Source: Smithella sp. D17 (lineage in GTDB: Bacteria > Desulfobacterota > Syntrophia > Syntrophales > Smithellaceae). Taken from it: a DNA stretch of 37,406 bases. A program made the translations under genes and the position numbers. The notes below the pieces were generated by a model. It saw only the letters and a list, made by a program, of their open reading frames with translations. It was not told the origin of the DNA and did no database searches. Shown one piece after another: positions 26,246 through 35,090 of the stretch; the first letter of the stretch is position 1; every line of letters begins with the position of its first letter. The stretch lies in NCBI GenBank assembly GCA_000753945.1, contig JQOA01000002.1, positions 1-37,406 of the forward strand. The letters run 5' to 3'.

Positions 26246-27366
26246 CTCTTGCTTTTCAGTGTCTCAAGTTCTTCTTTGAGAACCGTAAGCTTTTTGCCAG
26301 CTGGGGCGATGATATTGAACCAGCCTTCAATCGTTCTCATATGTGACGTGAAATAGGATTGGAGAGCTGCATCAGCCTTAAGTGAAATTCTAACCTTTGT
26401 GAATTGATTGACTCCCTTCTTGCCTGTGTAACTCGCCAGAAATGACTCTTTCGCTGCCGATAGTTCCTTCGTGGGATGGAACAACAACTCATCAATAAAC
26501 TGCGCGATTCCCGTGTCGGTCAGGAAAAGAAGCCAATCGTAGGATTGAGCGAGAACCTTCAGTTCCTTGTTGTGATTCTCTGATGTGAACCAATTGCCGT
26601 GATTGCTAACAACTCCGACCGTTAGAATAAACCTCGACAGAAGTTCTGAATCGTCAGATGCAATAATTTCCGCCATCAAATTGTAGTAGTCACCATGTCG
26701 GAACGAGCCATCACGTTTCTGAATCAGGCCGCCCATGCTGCCATTGGTCAACCTGATTTTCTGTAACGCTGACACTGTTCGCGCAACATAGGCGCCTTGC
26801 TTCGCCTTTTCAATTGTCTGAGGTCCTTTCCTCATTCCTTCTTCGACGCCGACCCGTTTACACTCAAAAATCGCGAATGGGCGGCGTCGAAGAGATACAA
26901 TGGAATACTGGCCTCCGCTCTTTCTGAGTTGGTCAAGGTATGCGTTTATGAATGTTTCGCCGCAGTCGCAGACCGTGCATGAGTTCCTTAAAATCAGGTC
27001 ATTGCTCAGTAGTGCGTTCGATTTCATCGATTCAGCGGTGATTCCAAGGTCGGCAAGCTTTTGATTATTGGCGATCTTTTTTGCGGTGATAGGAAGCTCA
27101 TCCCGGCTGAACTTCATCTTCATCAGAAGGTTTGACGGATGAAGACTATACTCAACATTATGGGTGATCTCGTCGTTTCCGAATTCCGGCAATGGTCTCT
27201 CAATTGCAACGTTTCTTTCAAATCCCCAAGATTTAAGTGCGTAGAATGTGATGATTTCAACAAGGGTTCCGAGGGCTCGGCCTGCGGCCTTCTTGGAGTC
27301 TTTGGCATAATGGAACACTTTTGCAGTGAGAACCTTCTGGAGTTGGTCAACTGATTGATATGACAT
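26224..27366 (-). CDS. Uncharacterised 380-aa protein, candidate restriction endonuclease partner of the Dam-like methyltransferase
   Basis: Solid ORF with AAAGGGG as SD, translationally coupled to the methyltransferase. Candidate (D)...ExK motif (YLDQL...PFAIFECKRVG). I recognise no family. The confidence value refers to the functional call. Confidence 0.45.
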   Translation of the reverse strand: MSYQSVDQLQKVLTAKVFHYAKDSKKAAGRALGTLVEIITFYALKSWGFERNVAIERPLPEFGNDEITHNVEYSLHPSNLLMKMKFSRDELPITAKKIANNQKLADLGITAESMKSNALLSNDLILRNSCTVCDCGETFINAYLDQLRKSGGQYSIVSLRRRPFAIFECKRVGVEEGMRKGPQTIEKAKQGAYVARTVSALQKIRLTNGSMGGLIQKRDGSFRHGDYYNLMAEIIASDDSELLSRFILTVGVVSNHGNWFTSENHNKELKVLAQSYDWLLFLTDTGIAQFIDELLFHPTKELSAAKESFLASYTGKKGVNQFTKVRISLKADAALQSYFTSHMRTIEGWFNIIAPAGKKLTVLKEELETLKSKRWQDIHT

Positions 27367-27479
27367 TCTTTGTTACCCCTTTATGTTTGTCATTTTCTTC
27401 ATGGCTAATAGTTAATATAAGTAATCTTAAATTTGTAGATTTTTAATAACTTTTCGTTGATTTATGTATTTTGTACGAT

Positions 27480-27503
27480 AATATTTGATGAAAATCAAAT
27501 ATT
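27480..27503. repeat. Perfect 10-bp inverted repeat AATATTTGAT-GAAA-ATCAAATATT
   Basis: Read directly. It lies 12 nt beyond the stop of the 27515-29989 gene and ~115 nt upstream of the 27366 start. It could be a weak terminator or an operator. Confidence 0.4.
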
Positions 27504-27514
27504 TAATATTGAGA

Positions 27515-29989
27515 TTAATCGAGGATGCTTTTTGTTCTGACTACTTTGATCTTCTGTGATTCATCGGCGTCTGATTTCAGGACATGAGCGATAATATCGG
27601 TGGGTCGGGCAGAACCTTCCTGAATGTGCGGCACGGCGAAAAATATTTTTTTGCCGGCGGTATCAAGAATCAGGCTTTGCACGAAAGGACGAATATCTTT
27701 TATGACGGTTTTGCCTTTGGATATTTTTTGTATTTTGAATTCAGAAGTCGCTAGAAAATTCTTAATATTTTCTTCCATGGCCTTCAGGCGTGAAGAATCG
27801 ATGGCGGCGGGAAGGTAAAGTTCATATTCAAAGCCCTTTAACATTTGAGCGATAGCCTTTTCTTCGTATGATAGTTTACTGATTTCTAAAATTTCAATGC
27901 CTTCAGGCAGGGCGGAATTTATTTCACTCTTTAGCAAATTTAAATTTGATAGATATTCCTGCGCGGTAATATCCGCGTATTCCTGCCTGCTTCCCATGCC
28001 CACGGCGGTGGCGGTGGCAAAGGATATTTTAGGATGCGGATGGTAGCCGAAAGAATAAGCAAGCGTGAGGCTGCTGCGGCGCAAAGCTCGCACTAAAGCT
28101 TGGGATAGTTCCAAATGAGATAAAAACCGGGAGTGTCCAAGTTTGCTGAAAGTTAAACGATATTTTTTTTCTGTACCAATGGCAGCATCAGGAAGCGGTG
28201 ACGATGACTGAACTGTTTTGATTTCATCTTTTGCCGCAAAAATGTTTTTTGTTGTGGCGAAATCGCATACTCCGCAGTTCTGACAATCCGAAAACCGGCA
28301 ATCATCTGTCACTGTTTGATTTTCCGCTTTTTGTTTTTCTTCCAGCAGAAACTCACGGGTCACGCCGCAGTCAATATTGTCCCACGGCAGTCGTTCGTCA
28401 ATCTTTCGTTCGCGGGTGAAATCTTCCGGTTTAATTCCCGCCTCCGTCATCGCTTCCTGCCAGAGGTCGAAACGCAGAATTTCAGTCCAGCCGTCAAAGC
28501 GGCAGCCTTTGCGAAAAGCAGCCTCCAGAAGGACTCCCGCACTTTCATTTCCACGTGAAAATATTCCTTCCAGTAAACTCATTTTTGCGTCATGCCATTT
28601 GACGCTCAGGTTGCGGTTCTTGATTCGTTTACGGATAAAGTCCTGCCGTTCATAAGTTTCTTCCGGAGAAATCTGTCTTTGCCATTGGAAAGGTGTGTGC
28701 GGTTTGGGAACGAAGGTGGAAAGGCTGATGGTGACCTGCCCGCGATTATTTGCGGCTCGCAGGGCTTCATATCCCAGATTAACAATACCTTCCCAATCTT
28801 CCTTAGTTTCATTGGGCAAACCGAGCATAAAGTAGAGTTTAATTGATTTCCAACCGGCAGCGAATATTTTATCCACGGTGGAGAGCAAGTCTTCGGAGGT
28901 GTTGCCCTTATTGATAATCAGGCGCATTTTATCCGTTCCCGCTTCCGGCGCCAGCGTAAAACTGGTTTTCCGTGTTCGTTTGATTTCTTCCATTAATGTT
29001 GTGTTGAGAGATTCCACGCGCAACGAAGGAAGCGCCAGCGCTACGCGCCGGGAGTGGTAGCGGTTCATCAGATTTTGTACCAGAGGCTCAATGCAACTGT
29101 AATCGCCGGAGCTCAGAGATAAAAGCGATATTTCTTCATGGCCCGTTTCTTGAAGCATCCTTTCGGCCATTTCCATCAGCAGGGAAGTGTTTCTTTCGCG
29201 GTAAGGACGCCAGAGCATCCCCGCCTGACAAAACCGGCATCCGCGGGTGCAGCCGCGTGCTATTTCCAGTGTGATGCGGTCGTGAATTGTCTGCATCAGC
29301 GGAACAATGGGTCTTAGCGGATGCTTCCATAAATTGAGATCAACGACGTTTCTTTTTTTGATGATTTGATCTTTTCCGTGAACAGCGGGAACGTAAATGC
29401 CGGCGATCTTTGCCAGCTCTTTTATCAGGTTATTTCGGGAAAGAGAGTTTTTCTTACCCGCGCGAATCGCTGCGGTAATTTCTCCTACGACTTCTTCTCC
29501 TTCGCCGATAACAAAGGCATCAATAAAATCAACAAGCGGCGCCGGATTAAAACAGCAGGGGCCGCCCGCGATTATCAGGGGATGTCCATCTTTGCGCTCT
29601 TTGCGGGCAAGCGGTATGCCTCCCAAATCCAGCATGTTGAGCATATTGGTGTAAGACAGTTCATACTGTAAGGAAAAACCGGCAATATCAAAATCTGTCA
29701 GCGGTTTCTGACTTTCCAGAGAGGTTAACGGAATATTCCCTTCACGCAATTGCTTTTCCCTATCCGGCCAGGGGGCAAAACAACGTTCTGCTGCCACGTA
29801 GGGAATTTCGTTGAGAATAGAATATAGAATCTGCAAACCGAGATGAGACATGCCGACTTCGTATGTATCAGGGAAAGCCAGCAAAAAGCGGACTTCCGGT
29901 TTATCTTTACGGACAGCGTTTACTTCTGTACCGATGTAACGGCTGGGTTTTTCAGCGCCAAGTAAAAGTTCATCGAAATTATTATTCAT
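27515..29989 (-). CDS. Fused TIGR03960-type B12-binding-like radical SAM protein and TIGR03936 (DUF2344) domain
   Basis: N-terminus EKPSRYIGTEVNAV...FPDTYEVGMSHLGLQILY, cluster motif ARGCTRGCRFCQAG. The C-terminal third YRLTFSKLGHSRFLSHLEL is DUF2344-like. Confidence 0.88.
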   Translation of the reverse strand: MNNNFDELLLGAEKPSRYIGTEVNAVRKDKPEVRFLLAFPDTYEVGMSHLGLQILYSILNEIPYVAAERCFAPWPDREKQLREGNIPLTSLESQKPLTDFDIAGFSLQYELSYTNMLNMLDLGGIPLARKERKDGHPLIIAGGPCCFNPAPLVDFIDAFVIGEGEEVVGEITAAIRAGKKNSLSRNNLIKELAKIAGIYVPAVHGKDQIIKKRNVVDLNLWKHPLRPIVPLMQTIHDRITLEIARGCTRGCRFCQAGMLWRPYRERNTSLLMEMAERMLQETGHEEISLLSLSSGDYSCIEPLVQNLMNRYHSRRVALALPSLRVESLNTTLMEEIKRTRKTSFTLAPEAGTDKMRLIINKGNTSEDLLSTVDKIFAAGWKSIKLYFMLGLPNETKEDWEGIVNLGYEALRAANNRGQVTISLSTFVPKPHTPFQWQRQISPEETYERQDFIRKRIKNRNLSVKWHDAKMSLLEGIFSRGNESAGVLLEAAFRKGCRFDGWTEILRFDLWQEAMTEAGIKPEDFTRERKIDERLPWDNIDCGVTREFLLEEKQKAENQTVTDDCRFSDCQNCGVCDFATTKNIFAAKDEIKTVQSSSPLPDAAIGTEKKYRLTFSKLGHSRFLSHLELSQALVRALRRSSLTLAYSFGYHPHPKISFATATAVGMGSRQEYADITAQEYLSNLNLLKSEINSALPEGIEILEISKLSYEEKAIAQMLKGFEYELYLPAAIDSSRLKAMEENIKNFLATSEFKIQKISKGKTVIKDIRPFVQSLILDTAGKKIFFAVPHIQEGSARPTDIIAHVLKSDADESQKIKVVRTKSILD

Positions 29990-30022
29990 AATTTACCTTC
30001 GGATTATAATCAAGCCGTCAAA

Positions 30023-30421
30023 CTATTCTTCTGAATCGGAGTAAATATGAGGGTGATATTTGTAAGGATTCTTTTTGATATCTTTAAGTATGGACATCGC
30101 CATCTTTTTGGGAAAATTGACGGCGGCAAGATAATCCAGAGAATTACTTTTGAATGTGTTGATTAAATCATCACGGACAGTATCTTCATTTTTCTGAGGC
30201 ACAAAAGACCGCTCCAGTTTATGTTCGTAGGCAAGTTCATCGCCCATGGTATTTTTTACCTGATCATAATCCTGAGCGTCCGTGAAATAAGATTCTTTCA
30301 GATAAATTTTCGTTTGAAAAGAAATTTCCACCTTAACCGTGTCGGCGGCTATGGTGCGTGATAAATCAAAAATCTTTAAAATCAATCCATTGGCTAATTT
30401 TATTTCTTCAATTAAATTCAT
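30023..30421 (-). CDS. Hypothetical protein, 132 aa
   Basis: Clean ORF downstream of the radical SAM gene. No recognisable motif. Confidence 0.55.
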   Translation of the reverse strand: MNLIEEIKLANGLILKIFDLSRTIAADTVKVEISFQTKIYLKESYFTDAQDYDQVKNTMGDELAYEHKLERSFVPQKNEDTVRDDLINTFKSNSLDYLAAVNFPKKMAMSILKDIKKNPYKYHPHIYSDSEE

Positions 30422-30546
30422 TTGCTTCCGATTTTAAATGTTGTTTTATTTGAGGATATAGCCCTTAGCATTTTTACACTTGACCTGCAACTCTAATCCT
30501 CTTATACATAACATGTTGTAAAAAACAACGAAGGTGAAACCGTTTT

Positions 30547-31404
30547 ATGAGCGATGTCAATGCCATTTTACTTTTGTCCTGTGCCGATAGCAAGGGGATT
30601 GTCGCCAAAATTTCCGATTTTATTTTTCGTCGCAATGGCAATATTGTCCATGCCGATCAATATACATCCAAAACAGACAAACTTTTCTTTATGCGGATCG
30701 AATGGGAACTCAACGGATTCGCTCTTGGCCGTGATGAAATTTCTGCTGCTTTTGCGCCGTTGGCTAAACAATTTAAAATGAAATGGGATTTGCATTTTAC
30801 GGATTATATGCCGCGGATGGCGATTTTTGTCTCTAAACATCTCCATTGCCTGCATGATCTTATTTTGCGCCGGCATATGGGAGAACTGGCGTCTGACGTT
30901 GAAGCGGTAATCAGCAATCATACGGATGCCCGCGATCTGGTGGAACAATTCGGACTGAAATTTTTCCACTTTCCCATCACGGATAAGAACAAGAAACAAC
31001 AGGAAGCTAAAGAATTGAAACTTCTGCGGGAGATGAATATTGATCTGGTGGTTCTGGCGCGTTACATGCAGGTTCTCAGCGGGAATTTCCTTAAATATTA
31101 TCCTGATAAAATAATCAATATCCATCATTCCTTCTTGCCCGCGTTTGCCGGGGGCAATCCTTATCAGCAGGCCTATAACCGTGGTGTGAAAATTATCGGA
31201 GCAACCGGCCATTATGTGACGGCGCAACTGGACGAAGGACCTATTATCGCTCAGGACGTGATCAAGATCAGTCACCGTGACGCTGTTGATGCTATTCAGA
31301 GAAAGAGTAAGGACTTGGAAAGAATTGTGCTGGCGCGTGCTTTGCATTTGCATCTGGAAAATAGAATACTGGTTTATGGATCAAAAACCATTGTGTTTGA
31401 GTGA
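30547..31404 (+). CDS. purU: Formyltetrahydrofolate deformylase
   Basis: N-terminal ACT domain (ILLLSCADSKGIVAKISDFI) and formyltransferase core (IINIHHSFLPAFAGGNPYQQA). Confidence 0.93.
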   Translation: MSDVNAILLLSCADSKGIVAKISDFIFRRNGNIVHADQYTSKTDKLFFMRIEWELNGFALGRDEISAAFAPLAKQFKMKWDLHFTDYMPRMAIFVSKHLHCLHDLILRRHMGELASDVEAVISNHTDARDLVEQFGLKFFHFPITDKNKKQQEAKELKLLREMNIDLVVLARYMQVLSGNFLKYYPDKIINIHHSFLPAFAGGNPYQQAYNRGVKIIGATGHYVTAQLDEGPIIAQDVIKISHRDAVDAIQRKSKDLERIVLARALHLHLENRILVYGSKTIVFE

Positions 31405-31443
31405 TTCCGGTTCACCTTAGAAAAATATCAGGTAAATAAAAAA

Positions 31444-32259
31444 ATGTCTGATTCAAAATTTATCATCCTTTGCCAACCGGATGAATGCAAATCCTGTGGC
31501 GCCTGCTGCGGCCTGTATAATTATGTGGACAGTTCCCGCTCGTCTCTTGAGCAGCGGTTGCGTTTGCGCACCAAACGTTTCCAAAAACTTGTAAAAAATC
31601 CGGACGATGTTGCGCTATACGCCGAAGAAACATTTGCTGCCGAAGATTTTAAAAAGAGATATGAAGTAATTTATTGTTGCGAATACCTTGGTTTTCTCGA
31701 CAACGAAGAAAAAAAAGTGGGCTGTCTTTTACATCCGGAGCAAAATTCCGGCATCGATTTACGTGCCTGTTCATTTTACGGACAGGAACTTTGCGCCGGT
31801 CATTTTTGTCCCAGCCATCATTTTATTCCGCAGTCTCAATCTAAAATCCTGATAAAAATAATTGATGACTGGTACCTTTACGGTCTCGTTGTGACCGATA
31901 TTGATCTGGTTACCCAGTATTTTCGTTTAATTGCCGATAGAATCGGCGGTGAACTTAAACCGGAAGAATTCGATAATGTATCTTTAAAAGATATTGCGCT
32001 GGAATATTTTAATTGGAAACTTGCCTGGCCGTTTCGGTCGCTGGAAACAAACCGGTTAGGTAAATATTATTTTGACGGATCGCAATACATGATCAGCTAT
32101 ATTGACTACGCAAAGTATGGCCGGGAAGTATCTCCGCTTAATGCTATTTTTTTGAGTCTGTCTTCCTCATTTAAAAATACTGAGGAAATTGATGAGGCGG
32201 AAATGATGATCTGGTCGAATATTGAAAAATTCGTTTCTGTTTATAAGAGTGGGGTTTAA
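31444..32259 (+). CDS. Cys-rich protein with CxxCxxCC motif (YkgJ/UPF0153-like)
   Basis: CKSCGACCGLYNY near the N-terminus, with further Cys/His clusters (CCEYLGF, CLLHPE, CAGHFCPSHH). Confidence 0.6.
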   Translation: MSDSKFIILCQPDECKSCGACCGLYNYVDSSRSSLEQRLRLRTKRFQKLVKNPDDVALYAEETFAAEDFKKRYEVIYCCEYLGFLDNEEKKVGCLLHPEQNSGIDLRACSFYGQELCAGHFCPSHHFIPQSQSKILIKIIDDWYLYGLVVTDIDLVTQYFRLIADRIGGELKPEEFDNVSLKDIALEYFNWKLAWPFRSLETNRLGKYYFDGSQYMISYIDYAKYGREVSPLNAIFLSLSSSFKNTEEIDEAEMMIWSNIEKFVSVYKSGV

Positions 32260-32323
32260 TTTTTTTATTGACATATTACAATCACTTTGACTAGTGTTAC
32301 ACAAATTCTAAACCAAAGGGAAC

Positions 32324-32350
32324 CCCGGCGCATGCCGGGCGCTATTTTTG
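32324..32350 (+). terminator. Probable intrinsic terminator
   Basis: CCCGGC-GCAT-GCCGGG hairpin followed by CGCTATTTTT. Confidence 0.5.
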
Positions 32351-32448
32351 TTGGTCCCGATTCATCGGGATTGTCGGCTTCATCTTTTATTTAGAAATGT
32401 TGTGAGTCAGTTTTCAAAGAGATATTATTTAATTTAGAGGCTTTATAA

Positions 32449-32973
32449 ATGGATCAAATATCAAAACAAATTCTTTTCTCCCGTGATGAAATTCAAAAAC
32501 GGGTAAGAGAAATAGCTTCTCAAATATCCAAAGATTACGCCGGACGTGAATTAGTCGTTATCGGTATTCTTAAGGGTGCATTCATTTTTATGGCTGATTT
32601 AGTTCGGGAACTCAGCGTTCCTTGTAAGGTCGATTTTGTCAGGGTAGCGAGTTATGGCGCAGGTTCTGAAAGTTCAGGTAAAGTAGTGATGACAAAAGAT
32701 ATTGAAACTTCAATAAAAGGCCGGGATATTTTGATTGTCGAAGACATCGTGGACAGTGGTCTGACGCTGCAATATCTTGTTAATTGGCTTAAAGAAAGAA
32801 ATCCTCATTCGCTGAAAATTTGTGTTTTCTTAGATAAGCGCAAGAGAAGAAAAGTATCCTTTGAAGCTGACTATGCCGGTTTCACCATTGATGACGGATT
32901 TGTGGTAGGTTATGGATTGGATTTCGATGAACAGTTCCGTTTTTTCCCTGACGTTTATATAATTGAGCAGTAA
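32449..32973 (+). CDS. hpt: Hypoxanthine phosphoribosyltransferase
   Basis: 174 aa with the PRPP-binding motif ILIVEDIVDSGLTL. Confidence 0.93.
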   Translation: MDQISKQILFSRDEIQKRVREIASQISKDYAGRELVVIGILKGAFIFMADLVRELSVPCKVDFVRVASYGAGSESSGKVVMTKDIETSIKGRDILIVEDIVDSGLTLQYLVNWLKERNPHSLKICVFLDKRKRRKVSFEADYAGFTIDDGFVVGYGLDFDEQFRFFPDVYIIEQ

Positions 32974-32988
32974 ACAAGAGGAGAGGGA

Positions 32989-33927
32989 ATGATAATTCAG
33001 TGTAGGCAATGCCGGACAAAATTTAGATTTGATGATAATTTGATGCATGGCACCGGTGTGTGGCTCCGGTGCAGCCGCTGTGGACATGTTTATTTTCAGG
33101 AAAATGCTCTGATGAAGCCGGAGAAAGATTTACCGTCAGAACCGGTCAAACCTGTAGAAGAATCCAAACCGGCCCCCAAGGGCGATGATTTGTCAACGGA
33201 ATCCCAACACTTTGTCTATCGGGATGCAAACGGCTTGCATTCTCTTGATAAAGCCATGAGAACAAAAAAAGATTTAGATGAAGAAATAAATTTGAATATA
33301 GAAAAAAGACCGGAAGAAAGCATCAGCATAAAAAAAGAAGAAGTTGGACCAAGAGAAGTGTTATCTTCAACAAGTTCCGGAAAAAACTGGAAGTTAGCCG
33401 TTGGATCTATTTTTGTTATCCTGATAATTTCCGCCGCAATATTCTTTGTCTTCCCGCAATCCGGTGAACAGATTATTAACAATGCTTTAGTATATATCGG
33501 CCTTGCAGAACCGGCTCGTCCGGAAATTGCTGTTCCACAGATGGTAAGACTTCAGGATGTACGGCATAGAGTGGTAAACAACTATATTTTAGGACCGATC
33601 GGTGTTGTAGAGGGGACTGCTGTAAATAGGGCGGAATATCCTATTTCGCGGATATTGATAAAGGGCGATATCCTTGACGCTTATTCTGTGGTTTTAGGCG
33701 AACATACCAGTTATGCGGGCAATATCATAACTGATGAGGAGCTTACAAATTTATCAGAAGAGGAAATTTTATTAAAACTTTCCCGTCAGGAGGGTCTTAA
33801 TAATTCTAACGATAAAATTATGCCCAACGGACAGATACCTTTCATGGTTGTTTTTACTCACGAGCCGGCGGGAGTAATTAAGACGACGGTTGTGACGGTG
33901 GGTGCGGAGCGCCTCCTTTCGGAATAA
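32989..33927 (+). CDS. MJ0042-type zinc-finger protein with TM segment and DUF3426-like C-terminal domain
   Basis: MIIQCRQCRTKFRFDD...LRCSRCGHVY, a hydrophobic helix (WKLAVGSIFVILIISAAIFFVF), and a conserved C-terminal domain. Confidence 0.8.
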   Translation: MIIQCRQCRTKFRFDDNLMHGTGVWLRCSRCGHVYFQENALMKPEKDLPSEPVKPVEESKPAPKGDDLSTESQHFVYRDANGLHSLDKAMRTKKDLDEEINLNIEKRPEESISIKKEEVGPREVLSSTSSGKNWKLAVGSIFVILIISAAIFFVFPQSGEQIINNALVYIGLAEPARPEIAVPQMVRLQDVRHRVVNNYILGPIGVVEGTAVNRAEYPISRILIKGDILDAYSVVLGEHTSYAGNIITDEELTNLSEEEILLKLSRQEGLNNSNDKIMPNGQIPFMVVFTHEPAGVIKTTVVTVGAERLLSE

Positions 33928-33945
33928 TCAATATTACACATCTTC

Positions 33946-33987
33946 CAACCATCGGATGATCCAGGGGAAGTCTGATGGTTGCTTTTT
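33946..33987 (+). terminator. Intrinsic terminator
   Basis: 11-bp stem CAACCATCGGA/TCTGATGGTTG with one G-U pair and a 14-nt loop, then CTTTTT. Confidence 0.65.
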
Positions 33988-34006
33988 ATGGCTAAAGGTA
34001 AAATAA

Positions 34007-34885
34007 TTGAGATACGAAGGCAACATATTCCGGCCGTTTAGCGAAGCCAACAGTTATCTTCTGCAATGTACTATCGGCTGTTCCCATAATCAATGCACTT
34101 TCTGCGGCATGTACAAAGACAAAAAGTACAGAGAGCGTTCTCTTGCCGAAATTATGGAAGACATCACCATGGCCAAAGATTCCTATGGCGATTTGGAAAA
34201 AGTTTTTCTTTGCGATGGCGATGCGATTGCTCTGGAAACGAATATGCTTCTGGCAATACTTAAAAAGCTTTATCAAACTTTTCCATCCCTGCGCCATGTA
34301 GGAAGCTACGTCGGACCACAAAGCACCTTGTCCAAATCTATAGAAGAATTAAATGCACTGCGGAACGCCGGTCTGACCAAGGCTTATCTTGGCGTGGAAA
34401 CTGGTGATGACGAACTTCTGAAGAAAGTGAAAAAAGGAGTTGATTCTGACCAGATGCTTCAGGCCGGAAAAAATCTGGTCGCGGCCGGAATCAATCTCTC
34501 CGCCATGGTACTCCTGGGGCTGGCAGGGAAGGGCGAGGTTTCCCGACGGCATGCCCTGGCTACGGCAAAAATATGCAATGAAATGAAGCCGCAGTATCTG
34601 GCGGCGCTGACGGTGACACCTGTTCCCGGAACTGTATTATATAGTCAGTTAGAACGGGGCGAGTTCAAATTACTGGATCCCTTTGAAACTCTGGAAGAGA
34701 TGAAACAGATCTTCGAGAACATTACCGCCGATAACATGAAGTTTGTCGGCACTCATGCCTCCAACTATCTTCCTGTTACCGGTACGCTTCAGAAAGACAA
34801 ACAAAAGATGATAGCTATGGTTGACGCTGTTTTGGAAAACAGGGATGAGAGTTTAATCCGCCCGGATTATATGCGAGGGCTGTAA
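34007..34885 (+). CDS. Radical SAM protein (stand-alone, Elp3/B12-independent-like core)
   Basis: TTG start. YEGNIFRPFSEANSYLLQCTIGCSHNQCTFCGMY cluster region. 292 aa. Confidence 0.8.
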   Translation: MRYEGNIFRPFSEANSYLLQCTIGCSHNQCTFCGMYKDKKYRERSLAEIMEDITMAKDSYGDLEKVFLCDGDAIALETNMLLAILKKLYQTFPSLRHVGSYVGPQSTLSKSIEELNALRNAGLTKAYLGVETGDDELLKKVKKGVDSDQMLQAGKNLVAAGINLSAMVLLGLAGKGEVSRRHALATAKICNEMKPQYLAALTVTPVPGTVLYSQLERGEFKLLDPFETLEEMKQIFENITADNMKFVGTHASNYLPVTGTLQKDKQKMIAMVDAVLENRDESLIRPDYMRGL

Positions 34886-35041
34886 AAAACTCAAGAACTT
34901 GAAAACTCCAATTATTAATTGTCTCATAATAGTCTATACATTGGTTAATGCTGTGGGGAAAAGTTGTATTTATTGTTTCTCCAATTCATACAAAATTTCA
35001 ATCGGGAATCGTCAAAAACTGCTGAACTCTGACTTAACTTG

Positions 35042-35050
35042 TGGTACAAT
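35042..35050 (+). promoter_or_regulatory. Possible extended -10 promoter element (TGgTACAAT)
   Basis: TG at 35042-35043 and TACAAT at 35045-35050, 41 nt upstream of the ATG at 35091. The -35 is poor (CTGAAC). Confidence 0.3.
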
Positions 35051-35090
35051 CATCCAAGGCAGGTCAAACATTCTTAAGAGAATAATTCAC

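Noticed and set aside
30568-31353. 261-aa minus-strand ORF covering almost all of purU.
   Set aside because: purU on the plus strand has unambiguous family motifs. The antisense ORF has no recognisable features.
33988-34041. ATG-initiated 17-codon ORF (MAKGKIIEIRRQHIPAV) as a precursor peptide or leader for the radical SAM gene.
   Set aside because: It overlaps the radical SAM N-terminal coding region in another frame. It is more likely a start-region frame ambiguity than a RiPP precursor.
34899-35090. TTG-initiated 64-aa extension of the SLR protein with a hydrophobic, signal-peptide-like start (MKTPIINCLIIVYTLVNAVG).
   Set aside because: It has a non-ATG start without an SD. A TGnTACAAT extended -10 element lies inside the extension and points to the ATG at 35091. 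A secreted form cannot be fully excluded.
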